Source: an uncultured Pseudomonadota bacterium
Lineage (GTDB): Bacteria; Desulfobacterota; Binatia; Binatales; Binataceae
Direction: 5' to 3'
Length of the DNA stretch: 61,711 nucleotides
Assembly: GCA_937889395.1 (NCBI GenBank)
Contig: CALAOW010000083.1
Span: forward strand, 1 to 61,711
Positions within the stretch are counted from its first letter, which is position 1, and every line of letters starts with the position of its first letter. A program made the translations under genes and the position numbers. The notes below the pieces were generated by a model. It saw only the letters and a list, made by a program, of their open reading frames with translations. It searched no databases and was not told where the DNA came from. Below, piece by piece: positions 34,170 to 44,032 of this stretch.

Positions 34170-34951
34170 CGCCGCGCCCCGCTAAGAGAACCCGAACCCG
34201 CGCCGCGCGCCACCCTGCCGCCGGCGTAATCGAGGTTGCCTTCGCGAGCGGATGCGTCAGCGCCACGCTTCGCTACGCCGGTCCGCGCGCCCGGCTCACG
34301 CCCGCGATGGCGGTGCGGATGCTGGAGTTGATCGAGCACGTCGAGGACGACGACGACGCCCGCATGCTCGCCATCACCGGCGCCGGCTCGGTGTTCTGCA
34401 CCGGTTTCGACAACGGCGTGGATCCGCGCCTGGTCGAATCGCTCGCGGTGCTCTCCAAGCCCACCGTCGCGATCATCAACGGCGACGCATTCGATGAAGG
34501 ATTGGAACTTGCCATGGCCGCCGACATTCGGGCCGCAATTTCCTCGGCTCGATTCGCGATCACGCAGATGAAGCGCGGCGCGATGCCCCACTTCGGCGCG
34601 ACCCAGCGACTCCCGCGGCTCGTCGGCGCCGGCAACGCTCTGCGCATGATGCTCACCGGGACGGCTCTGGGAGCCGACGAGGCGATGCGCATCGGCCTCG
34701 TCGCTTATCTCGCCGACAGCCGGATCGAGCTCGCCGCCTTAAGCGGTCGTGTCGCCGAGGCCATCCTGAGCCGCGCCCCGCTCGCCGCGCGGCTGGTCAA
34801 GGACGCCGTGCTCAAGGGTTACGACATGACATTGGAGCAGGGCATAAGGCTTGAGGAGGATCTATACGCCCTGCTACAAACGACTTCCGACCGTGCCGAA
34901 GGCGTTCGCGCCTTTCTTGAGAAGCGCAAACCGCTGTTCAGAGGCGCGTGA
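34166..34951 (+). CDS. Enoyl-CoA hydratase/isomerase family protein; start codon unresolved
   Basis: ITGAGSVFCTGFD, ING.AFDEGLELAMAADIR, RAFLEKRKP. No ATG/GTG/TTG lies between the upstream stop and the conserved first beta-strand (VIEVAF). The only coupling-type candidate is CTG at 34166 (CTGA overlap with the upstream stop). Confidence 0.6.
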   Translation: MTPRPAKRTRTRAARHPAAGVIEVAFASGCVSATLRYAGPRARLTPAMAVRMLELIEHVEDDDDARMLAITGAGSVFCTGFDNGVDPRLVESLAVLSKPTVAIINGDAFDEGLELAMAADIRAAISSARFAITQMKRGAMPHFGATQRLPRLVGAGNALRMMLTGTALGADEAMRIGLVAYLADSRIELAALSGRVAEAILSRAPLAARLVKDAVLKGYDMTLEQGIRLEEDLYALLQTTSDRAEGVRAFLEKRKPLFRGA

Positions 34952-35005
34952 ATGTTCGACGCAAGGTTTTAAGAAAAAATCGTCCGAAAGGATCAGGATC
35001 CACGA

Positions 35006-35125
35006 ATGGCAAATCAGCTCGGCAAAGTTTACATCTGCGGCAATTGCAAATCCCAGGTTATCGTCACCAAGGGCGGCTCCGGACAGCTCAAGTGCTGCGG
35101 CGTTCCGATGGAACAAAAAAAGTAG
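35006..35125 (+). CDS. Desulforedoxin-type small metal-binding protein (39 aa), paralogue of 30097..30240
   Basis: Not in the ORF track. MANQLGKVYICGNCKSQVIVTKGGSGQLKCCGVPMEQKK has the same C-x2-C-x15-CC spacing and the same MAN.LGK.Y.C N-terminus. Confidence 0.65.
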   Translation: MANQLGKVYICGNCKSQVIVTKGGSGQLKCCGVPMEQKK

Positions 35126-35179
35126 CGAGCGCGCTCAATCGTTCGAGCTCATCGCGACAACGAAAATGAGGTCCCCAAA

Positions 35180-35404
35180 ATGATTGGTGCGATCATAGTC
35201 GGAATAATCGCGGGATGGCTCGCCGGCAAGCTCATCCGCGGCGAAGGCTTCGGATTGCTCGGCGACCTCGTGCTCGGTCTGCTCGGAGGCCTCATCGGCG
35301 GATTTATTTTCGGCTCACCCAACGGCATGATCGGTGCGATCGTCGTCGCGACCATCGGCGCCGTCATACTGGTCTGGATCTCGCACGTGATTCGCGAGGC
35401 CTGA
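35180..35404 (+). CDS. GlsB/YeaQ/YmgE-family stress-response membrane protein
   Basis: MIGAIIVGIIAGWLAGKL..G.GFGLLGDLVLGLLGGLIGGFIF is the typical Gly-zipper pattern of this family. Confidence 0.8.
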   Translation: MIGAIIVGIIAGWLAGKLIRGEGFGLLGDLVLGLLGGLIGGFIFGSPNGMIGAIVVATIGAVILVWISHVIREA

Positions 35405-35430
35405 CTAAAAAACCCCGCGCGCGCCGGCTC

Positions 35431-35820
35431 TCATCCGATCGCCCGGATGCGCAAGCCCTCGGCCTGCGTCCGAATCGGCTCCGGCAACTTCACTTCGTGC
35501 GCGTCGATCCAGTTGGTCTCGAGCCGATAGAACTCCCGCGCCGGTTCGTAGAACAGGTGGATAACAACGTCGTCATAGTCGAGCACCACCCAGTGCGCAT
35601 GATGCATCCCTTCGACCGCCAGCGCCTGCTGTCCCGCCTTGCCCATCGCGTCCTCGATCCCGCGCGCGATCGCCTGCACCTGCACGTCGGAGCGCCCGGT
35701 CGCCACCAGAAAATAATCCGCGACTGACTTCAGATGCTCGACTTCGAGCACCACCAGGTCGTAGGCCTTTTTTTCCAGCGCCGCTTCGGCGGCGGCGTAT
35801 GCCTTCTTCAGCGCCCTCAA
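35431..35820 (-). CDS. rsfS: Ribosome silencing factor RsfS (iojap-like)
   Basis: DYFLVATGRSDVQVQAI, W.VLDYDDVVIHLF....REFY.LE. Confidence 0.85.
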   Translation of the reverse strand: MRALKKAYAAAEAALEKKAYDLVVLEVEHLKSVADYFLVATGRSDVQVQAIARGIEDAMGKAGQQALAVEGMHHAHWVVLDYDDVVIHLFYEPAREFYRLETNWIDAHEVKLPEPIRTQAEGLRIRAIG

Positions 35821-35905
35821 GAAATGTTTCCGCGACGCGGCAACTTACTCGCCGCTTGTGGCTGGTTCGATCGGAATGAACGCGAAAGTTTAAGCAGAGC
35901 GAACC

Positions 35906-36544
35906 TCAATAGAGCGCGTGGTACTGAATGTAATCGACGACGTCGATCGGCACCAGATACCTGATCGATTCACCGTGTTGCAGTTTGCCGCGAATTTCAG
36001 TCGCTGAAATGGGCAGGAACGTGGTTTCGACGAAAGATAGCGTTTGTCCGCTCGAATGCACGTAGTGATCGTCTGCCTGAGTGTAGCCAAATCGTTTGAG
36101 CGCGGCAACTGAAATTCGCGGCGGACCCGCCTCGCCTTCGGTTAACCTTGTATGAACGGCAAAGTTGCACAGGCGCGCCAGTTCGTCCGGCTCCTTCCAT
36201 GATTCCAGCTCGGCAAACTGATCCGCGCCCATCAGCAGGTACAGCGTCGCCGGCTGGCGCAGCGTCGCCAGGAAGTAGCGCACCGTGTCGATCGTGTACG
36301 AGTGCCCGGGCCGCCGAATCTCCACGTCCGACGCCATGAAATGCCGGTTGCCCTTGGTCGCCAGCCGAACCATCGCGAGCCGATGCTCCGCGGGCGCCAA
36401 TTCGCTCTTCGCCTTATGCGGCGGCGACGCGGCCGGAATAAAATATACCAGGTCGAGCCGGATTGCCTCGCGGACTTCCTCGGCCGCGCGCAGATGCCCG
36501 AGATGAATCGGATTGAAAGTGCCGCCGAACAATCCTACCCGCAT
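35906..36544 (-). CDS. nadD: Nicotinate-nucleotide adenylyltransferase
   Basis: MRVGLFGGTFNPIHLGHL, plus ISATEIR near the C-terminus. Confidence 0.9.
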   Translation of the reverse strand: MRVGLFGGTFNPIHLGHLRAAEEVREAIRLDLVYFIPAASPPHKAKSELAPAEHRLAMVRLATKGNRHFMASDVEIRRPGHSYTIDTVRYFLATLRQPATLYLLMGADQFAELESWKEPDELARLCNFAVHTRLTEGEAGPPRISVAALKRFGYTQADDHYVHSSGQTLSFVETTFLPISATEIRGKLQHGESIRYLVPIDVVDYIQYHALY

Positions 36545-36563
36545 GCGATTTCAGCTTCGCGGC

Positions 36564-37850
36564 TCAGGCGCGAACTTGTCCGGTCCCGCCAACGACGTAC
36601 TTGTAGGTGGTCAACTCGTTGAGTCCCATCGGTCCGCGCGCGTGCAGCCGATTCGTCGAGATCCCGGTCTCTGCGCCGAATCCGAATTCGAAACCGTCGG
36701 TGAAACGCGTTGACGCATTGACGTAAACCGTAGCCGAATCGACCTCGCGTTCAAAGCGCGCCGCTGCTTCCGTGTCGCTGGTGACGATCGCGTCCGCAAG
36801 ATGAGACCCGTGACGCGCGATAAACGCAATCGCCTCGTCAAGCGAATCCACCACTTTCACCGCCAGTATCAGGTCCAGATATTCCGTGTCCCAATCTTCG
36901 TCCGTCGCCGCGCGCGCCGCGGGAACGATTTTTCGCGTCCGCTCATCGCCGCGAATTTCGACGCCCGCCGCCGTCATCCGCGCGGCGAGCGCGGGCAGAA
37001 ATTTTTCCGCGACCCCGCGATGCACCAGCAGCGTCTCCATCGAATTGCAGACCGATGGCCGCGAGCATTTCGCGTTCATGCAGATTTCCTCGGCCATCTT
37101 CAGATCGGCCGCGGAATCGACGTAGGTGTGGCAGATACCGTCAAAATGCGGCAGCAGCGCAACCGCCGAGCCTTCCAGCGCCTCCTTCAACGACTTGCCG
37201 CCGCGCGGGATTATCAGGTCGATCAACTCGCGGCTGCGCTTCATTATCTGGATTACTTCGCGATCCGGATCGCGGATAAAGGTCGCCGCGTCGGGATTCA
37301 GCCCCGCGTCCTTCAACGCTTGCGAGATCAAACCGGCCAGAAATCCGTTGCTGCTTAGCGCTTCGCTGCCGCCCCGCAACACCACCGCGTTGCCGGCTTT
37401 CAGCGTCAGCGCGGCCGCATCCACCGTGACGTTGGGCCGAGATTCGTAAATGATTGCGATCACGCCGATCGGCACACGCCGCTTTTCGATCTTCAGCCCG
37501 TTGGGCCGCGTCCACTTCTCGATCGCTGCCCCGACCGGATCGTCGAGCGCCTCGACTTGAAGCACGCCCGCGGCCATCGCTTCGATTCGCTTGTCGTCGA
37601 GCGTCAGCCGCTCGACGAACGCTCCGCCGCGTCCGCTCTTGCGCGCGCGCTCCAGGTCGATTGCGTTGGCGCGGATAATTTCCGCGCGTGAATCGCGAAT
37701 CGAGATCGCCAACCGGCGTAGAAAATCGTTTTTCTCCGCCGTGGTGGCCAGCGCCATCCCCGGCGCCGCCGCCCGCGCCCGCCCGAGCGCGGTAACAGTG
37801 TCCGCTTCAATACCCATCCATCTTCGAGAATATATCCCGAACCCACTCAA
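36564..37850 (-). CDS. proA: Glutamate-5-semialdehyde dehydrogenase (gamma-glutamyl phosphate reductase)
   Basis: IYESRPNVT, CNSMETLLVH, VNASTRFTDGFEFGFGAE.GIST.RLHARGPMGL.ELTTYK. Confidence 0.92.
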   Translation of the reverse strand: MSGFGIYSRRWMGIEADTVTALGRARAAAPGMALATTAEKNDFLRRLAISIRDSRAEIIRANAIDLERARKSGRGGAFVERLTLDDKRIEAMAAGVLQVEALDDPVGAAIEKWTRPNGLKIEKRRVPIGVIAIIYESRPNVTVDAAALTLKAGNAVVLRGGSEALSSNGFLAGLISQALKDAGLNPDAATFIRDPDREVIQIMKRSRELIDLIIPRGGKSLKEALEGSAVALLPHFDGICHTYVDSAADLKMAEEICMNAKCSRPSVCNSMETLLVHRGVAEKFLPALAARMTAAGVEIRGDERTRKIVPAARAATDEDWDTEYLDLILAVKVVDSLDEAIAFIARHGSHLADAIVTSDTEAAARFEREVDSATVYVNASTRFTDGFEFGFGAETGISTNRLHARGPMGLNELTTYKYVVGGTGQVRA

Positions 37851-37878
37851 ATAAACTGCGCGCCTTCCGCCCCCATAC

Positions 37879-37971
37879 TTCTAACAGGGACGAAGTCCCG
37901 CATATTCTCTTAGTACCGGGTGCAGGGGTCACCCCTGCCCAAGGAGGTGCGGAACCCACGGTGGGTTCCGC
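37879..37971. repeat. Module B-like repeat + CAGGGGTCACCCCTG hairpin + perfect 11-bp-stem palindrome in the proB-proA spacer
   Basis: ttctaacagggacgaagtcccgcatattctcttagtaccgggtgcaggggtcacccctg parallels 28696-28760. GCGGAACCCAC-g-GTGGGTTCCGC lies at 37949-37971. Confidence 0.8.
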
Positions 37972-37995
37972 ATTCAATAAAGTGGTTCCCCCTCC

Positions 37996-39141
37996 CTACG
38001 CGATCTCCTTGATGAGCACGAAGTTGTCGCGATGGATAATCTCGTCGGCCACCTTGTAGCCGAGCAGAGTCGGGATTTCAGTCGAACGGCGCCCGGCCAC
38101 TTTCATCACGTCGGACGCTGGATAGTTCACCAGTCCGCGCCCGAACTCGACTCCGTCGGGATCGAGCAGGCTCACGCAATCGCCGCCGCCGAAGTCTCCC
38201 CGCACCTCCCGCACGCCCGAGGGTAGAAGAGAACGCCCCCGGTTGCAGAGCGCATCGGCCGCGCCCTTATCGACCGCGATTGAGCCCGCCGGCCGCAGCG
38301 CGAACGCTATCCAATGCTTTCGGCTCTTGAGCCGCACGCCGGCCGGCACGATCAGCGTGCCCGCCTCGCGCGCCGGGTCCAGCGCGATTGTGACGATGCC
38401 GGCTTCGCGCCCGCGCGCGATTATCACGGCGATTCCGGCCTGCGCCGCCTGCCGCGCCGCCTTCAACTTGGTCGCCATCCCGCCGCTCCCCAGCGGACCC
38501 GCATTCTCGGCCACCAGCCCGCGCATCCCGGCCTCCGGATCGTTGATCACGGGAATCAGCCGCGCGTCGCTACGCTCGCGAGGGTCTGCAGTCAGAACGC
38601 CATCCACGTCGCTCAAAATAATCAAGAGCTGCGCCTGCACGAGGCTCGCGACCAGCGACGACAGCACGTCGTTGTCGCCCAGCCGTATTTCCTCGACCGC
38701 GACCGTGTCGTTCTCGTTGACGATTGGAATCACGCCCGCGCCAAGTAATTCAGAAATGGTTTGATTCGCATTCTGACGGCGCCGGCGTTCCGCCAAGTCC
38801 TGATGGGTGAGCAAAATCTGCGCGACGGTCCGATCGTGGATGCCGAATGCGCGCGCCCACGCCGACATCAGCTCGATTTGCCCGGTGGCGGCGGCGGCTT
38901 GCCGCGCCGCGATGGTTGCGCCGTGAAGTTTCGAGAGTCGCGCGCGTCCCGCAGCCACCGCGCCCGACGTGACGATCACGATTTCATAGCCGGCCCGCAC
39001 CGCCGACTCGATCTGCGCCGCGAGCTGCTCGATCACATCGACGCGCAGTCCTTCGGCGTCGGACAACACGGCGCTGCCGACCTTGATCACGATCCGCCGC
39101 GCGCGCGCGACCGCCGGTTCCTTGTAGTTCAGCTGGGACAT
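37996..39141 (-). CDS. proB: Glutamate 5-kinase with C-terminal PUA domain
   Basis: RIVIKVGSAVLSD, IVNENDTVA, GGMATKL, and a C-terminal PUA-like segment. Confidence 0.92.
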   Translation of the reverse strand: MSQLNYKEPAVARARRIVIKVGSAVLSDAEGLRVDVIEQLAAQIESAVRAGYEIVIVTSGAVAAGRARLSKLHGATIAARQAAAATGQIELMSAWARAFGIHDRTVAQILLTHQDLAERRRRQNANQTISELLGAGVIPIVNENDTVAVEEIRLGDNDVLSSLVASLVQAQLLIILSDVDGVLTADPRERSDARLIPVINDPEAGMRGLVAENAGPLGSGGMATKLKAARQAAQAGIAVIIARGREAGIVTIALDPAREAGTLIVPAGVRLKSRKHWIAFALRPAGSIAVDKGAADALCNRGRSLLPSGVREVRGDFGGGDCVSLLDPDGVEFGRGLVNYPASDVMKVAGRRSTEIPTLLGYKVADEIIHRDNFVLIKEIA

Positions 39142-40142
39142 GCGGCCGGCTGATCCATCGTATGAAGCATCCGCGCGATCGCCGTGACCAGCGGCGCCAG
39201 GTTTTCGCCCTTGTCCGCCGAAATCGGGAGCACTTCCAGCCCGGTGAGCTTGCGAAGCTTGCGCGCGGTCTTCTGTACCTCGTCGGCGGCGATCAGATCA
39301 ATCTTGTTGAGCGCGACGATCGCCGGGCGCTCCGCCAGCGCGGGATCGAACGCCGCTATCTCGCCGCGCACGGTCGCGAACGCAGCGTCGGGATTGTCCG
39401 CGCCGTCGAGCACGTAAACGACGAGCCGCGTGCGCGCCAGATGGCGCAAAAAACGGATGCCGAGTCCAAGCCCGCGATGCGCTCCTTCGATCAGCCCGGG
39501 GATATCGGCCAGTGTGAAACTTTCCTCGCCGGAGATGGACACGCGGCCGATGTTGGGCGCCAGCGTCGTGAACGGGTAGGACGCGATCTTCGGGCGCGCC
39601 GCGCTTAGAGCCGCCAGCAACGTCGACTTGCCCGCGTTGGGGAGTCCTACCAGCCCGGCCTCCGCGACCAGCCGCAGCTCCATCCGGATCCATCGCTGCT
39701 CGCCCGCGGTTCCGGGAGTCGCGATTCGCGGCGAACGCCGCGTCGAAGACGCGAAGTGCATGTTGCCGCGGCCGCCCTCGCCGCCCTGCGCGATGATTGC
39801 CGTGTCGCCCGGCATCACCAGGTCCGCGAGCGTCATCCCGCTTTCCTCGTCGAAGACGATTGTCCCGGGCGGCACTCGCACCACGACGTCGTCGGCGCCG
39901 TGGCCATATTGTTCCTTGCCGCGGCCGGGTTCGCCGTCTTTCGCGATCAAACGGGGCTGATATTTGAAATCGAGCAGCGTCGAGAGGCCCTCATCGACCT
40001 GGAAGATTACGCTGCCGCCGCGCCCGCCGTTGCCGCCCGCAGGTCCGCCGAACGGCCGGAATTTCTCGCGCAGAAACGCGATGGCGCCGTCGCCGCCCTT
40101 GCCGGCGTGCACGAATACCCTGGCTTCATCAATAAATCGCAT
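39129..40142 (-). CDS. obg: GTPase Obg/CgtA
   Basis: MRFIDEA.V.V.AGKGGDGAIAF.REKF.P.GGPAGGNGGRGGSV, and G motifs GLPNAGKST, DIPGLIEGA, NKID. Confidence 0.95.
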   Translation of the reverse strand: MRFIDEARVFVHAGKGGDGAIAFLREKFRPFGGPAGGNGGRGGSVIFQVDEGLSTLLDFKYQPRLIAKDGEPGRGKEQYGHGADDVVVRVPPGTIVFDEESGMTLADLVMPGDTAIIAQGGEGGRGNMHFASSTRRSPRIATPGTAGEQRWIRMELRLVAEAGLVGLPNAGKSTLLAALSAARPKIASYPFTTLAPNIGRVSISGEESFTLADIPGLIEGAHRGLGLGIRFLRHLARTRLVVYVLDGADNPDAAFATVRGEIAAFDPALAERPAIVALNKIDLIAADEVQKTARKLRKLTGLEVLPISADKGENLAPLVTAIARMLHTMDQPAACPS

Positions 40143-40317
40143 GGCGGCCTAACCACTATAGCCCATCTGAGGCCCGTTCCCGACGACCTCAACTTTTTTG
40201 CCGCCATACCTAGGCCGTGAATAGGCTACGCGCCTTTTTTTCTGGACCGGCACGGACGATCCCCTCTCTCTTCGCAACGTATCGCCTTACGCGGATCCCG
40301 CGCTCCGCTTTGCGCGC

Positions 40318-41346
40318 CTAGAAACAAATCTCCGCCAGCGCGCGGACTGCGTTTATATCGCCGGTGCCGATCAGCATCGTCTTGACGGGCGACGCCTTCC
40401 AGGCCTTGAGCCGGTCCGCGATTCGCTCGCGACTGCCGACCAGCGCGACCTCATCGACCAGCTTGTCCGGCACCATCGCCATCGCTTCGGCCTTTTTGCC
40501 GGCCAGGTATAGGTCCTGGATTTTCACCGCGGCCTCTTCGTAGCCGAGCCGCTTGGCGTAGTCGTTGTAGAAGTTTTTCGCGCGCGCGCCCATCCCGCCG
40601 ATGTACAGCGCGAGCATCCACTTCACCGGCATCCGGCATCCCTCGAGATCCGAGCCCATGACGCAGCTGACGAACGGCGCGACGTCGAAATTTTCGAGGC
40701 TCTTTTTGCAGCCGGTTTTCGCAAAGCCATCCTTGAGCGGCGCGTCATAGATGTCCCATCGCTCCGGATTCATCCAGGCCGGAATCACGCCGTCGGCAAT
40801 TTCCGCCGCGAGCGCGATTCCCTTGGGGCTGATCGACGCAGTGTAGATCGGTATGTCCACCCGCCCGTGCAGGATGCTCTTGAGCGGCTTGCCAAGGCCG
40901 GACGCGCCGGGACCGGTGTATGGGATGTCGAATTCCTTTCCGTGATGCTCGAGGGGTACTTCGCGCGCGAGAATTGTCCGCACGATCTCGATGTACTCGC
41001 GGGTGCGCTGCAGCGGCTTGCCGTACGGCACGCCGTGCCATCCCTCGACGACCTGCGGACCCGACGGCCCGATGCCGAGGATGAAGCGGCCGCCCGACAG
41101 CGCGTCCAGCGTCATAGCGGTCATGGCGGTTGCGGCGGGAGTTCGCGCCGGCATCTGCATGATAGCGGTGCCGAGCCGGATTTTTTTGGTCAGCGCGCCG
41201 ATCCAGGCCAGCGGCGTAACCGCGTCGGAGCCGTAAGCCTCGGCGGTCCACATCGAGTCGAACCCAACGCGTTCCGCTTCGAGGATGGTGTCCATCGGCA
41301 AGCCCATCTGGGCGCCCGAATACCCGGAAATTAAACCTAGTCGCAT
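40318..41346 (-). CDS. LLM-class (luciferase-like) F420-dependent oxidoreductase
   Basis: Typical LLM/F420 pattern [20 protein letters not shown]....T..I.LGTAI.Q...R.PA..AM.A.TLD.LSGGRF.LG.G.SGPQV.EGWHG. Confidence 0.8.
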   Translation of the reverse strand: MRLGLISGYSGAQMGLPMDTILEAERVGFDSMWTAEAYGSDAVTPLAWIGALTKKIRLGTAIMQMPARTPAATAMTAMTLDALSGGRFILGIGPSGPQVVEGWHGVPYGKPLQRTREYIEIVRTILAREVPLEHHGKEFDIPYTGPGASGLGKPLKSILHGRVDIPIYTASISPKGIALAAEIADGVIPAWMNPERWDIYDAPLKDGFAKTGCKKSLENFDVAPFVSCVMGSDLEGCRMPVKWMLALYIGGMGARAKNFYNDYAKRLGYEEAAVKIQDLYLAGKKAEAMAMVPDKLVDEVALVGSRERIADRLKAWKASPVKTMLIGTGDINAVRALAEICF

Positions 41347-41469
41347 TGAAATTACTCCCGTCGCGGGAAAGTCCGCGTCACCCGTCAGCTAAGGTTGCGC
41401 AAACAAGAAAAGCTCCATGGCATACCGAGGAGCTTCGACTCAAGTCTTGCGCCCATTGCGGTACCGTGA

Positions 41470-42558
<1,089 letters not shown>

Positions 42559-42560
42559 AT

Positions 42561-42597
42561 AAAAAAAGCCCCACGGCGCACCGCGGGGCTTCGATTC
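42561..42597. terminator. Intrinsic terminator hairpin between convergent genes (mainly for rpmA on the minus strand)
   Basis: A7 + GCCCCACGG-cgca-CCGCGGGGC (one mismatch). On the minus strand this reads as a hairpin followed by T7. It sits between 42558 (+ gene stop) and 42619 (rpmA stop). Confidence 0.75.
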
Positions 42598-42618
42598 AAT
42601 CTTGAGGGCTGACGGTCC

Positions 42619-42903
42619 CTAAGCAGACGCCCCAGCGGTTTCGGCGGCGGCGGGAAGCGGCTCGACGCTCACTTGCCGCTTCTCACCCTTCGGCTCGTAC
42701 TTAACCACACCATCGATGAGCGCGTAAATCGTATAGTCGCGGCCCAAGCCGACGTTGCGTCCCGGATGCACGCGAGTGCCGAGCTGGCGGATGAGGATAT
42801 TGCCGGCCTTGACGGTCTGGCCCGCGTAAATTTTGATACCACGGCGCTGGCCCGGACTGTCGCGGCCATTGCGCGTCGAACCTTGGCCTTTTTTGTGCGC
42901 CAC
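42619..42903 (-). CDS. rpmA: 50S ribosomal protein L27
   Basis: GGGAGA RBS, then GTG at 42903. (M)[22 protein letters not shown]. Confidence 0.93.
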   Translation of the reverse strand: MAHKKGQGSTRNGRDSPGQRRGIKIYAGQTVKAGNILIRQLGTRVHPGRNVGLGRDYTIYALIDGVVKYEPKGEKRQVSVEPLPAAAETAGASA

Positions 42904-42970
42904 GCGATGTCTCCCTGAATTTGTCGAGCGGCCTTCCGAGCCGCGGTTCAATTAAGATTAGCGCTGGCGT

Positions 42971-43285
42971 CTATGCGCCGGCGGAAATTTCCTCGATCTT
43001 GAGTACGGTCAGTTCCTGGCGATGGCCCCGTTTACGGCGGTAGTTCTTGCGGCGCTTTTTCTTGAACACGATAATCTTGGTGCCGCGCGGCTGCTGGACG
43101 ATCTTTGCCGTCACCGACGCGCCCGCGACCACCGGCGTGCCGACCCTGGGCGCATCGCCGCCGACCGCCAGCACATTGTCAAGTGATATAGCCGCGCCAA
43201 CCTCGCCGGCGAGCCGCTCGACCGTTATCTGGTCGCCGACGCCGACGCGGTACTGTTTTCCGCCTGTCTTTACTATTGCAAACAT
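42971..43285 (-). CDS. rplU: 50S ribosomal protein L21
   Basis: [20 protein letters not shown] and a C-terminal [15 protein letters not shown]. Confidence 0.93.
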   Translation of the reverse strand: MFAIVKTGGKQYRVGVGDQITVERLAGEVGAAISLDNVLAVGGDAPRVGTPVVAGASVTAKIVQQPRGTKIIVFKKKRRKNYRRKRGHRQELTVLKIEEISAGA

Positions 43286-43376
43286 CGATATGCCGAACGA
43301 GAACAATTATCGGACGCCGCCCGGCGTGTCAACGCATCGGGCGTTGCGCGCGACCCAACAAGCTGCTGCGCGTTGA

Positions 43377-43922
43377 TCAGTCGATGCCCAGTCGCTCGCG
43401 GCCTTCGGGAGAAATCATCTGCGGGGTCCACGGCGGATCCCACACCAGATCGACCTCCGCCTCCGACACGCCCGGGATGCTCATGATTTTGTAGCGCGCG
43501 TCGGTCGCGATCGAGGCGCCCATGCCGCATCCCTGCGCCGTCAGCGTCATCTTGACTTCGACTTTCTTGGCGCCGTCGCCGGCGTCCTTCACTTCCATTC
43601 CATAGACGAGGCCGAGGTCAACGATGTTGACGGGGATTTCGGGATCGAAACAGGTCTTGAGCTGCTCCCAGACCATCGCTTCGAGATCGCCGCCGGCCGA
43701 CGCCGGCACCGCGCCCGCATCTTCGGGCTTTTTGCCGAGCGCGTCGGCGTCCTTGCCCGCGACGCGGAACAGGCCGCCGTACGCGGGAATCTGCAAGGTG
43801 AAGGTTCCCCCGAGCGATTGCGTGATAGAGGCCTCGGTCCCCTTTCCCAGCATCATTTTGTTTCCGGCCGGGATCCGGACGCCTTCGCATTCGCGGGTCA
43901 GTTCAACGCGTTCCATCGGCAA
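43377..43922 (-). CDS. sufT: SufT-like Fe-S cluster assembly protein (DUF59/MIP18 domain with N-terminal extension)
   Basis: DUF59 core (V.EQLKTCFDPEIPVNIVDLGLVY...V.MTLTAQGCGMG) and a size and N-terminal extension typical of SufT. Confidence 0.7.
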   Translation of the reverse strand: MPMERVELTRECEGVRIPAGNKMMLGKGTEASITQSLGGTFTLQIPAYGGLFRVAGKDADALGKKPEDAGAVPASAGGDLEAMVWEQLKTCFDPEIPVNIVDLGLVYGMEVKDAGDGAKKVEVKMTLTAQGCGMGASIATDARYKIMSIPGVSEAEVDLVWDPPWTPQMISPEGRERLGID

Positions 43923-44032
43923 ATACCTTCCTTGTCAGACCTCTTATTGTAACGCGACGACTGGGTGCGGGCCATAGGCATGGCGCGAGACTTCGCCAAG
44001 CAGCGGTTCCTGGTGGGAGCGTTCACATAGGC

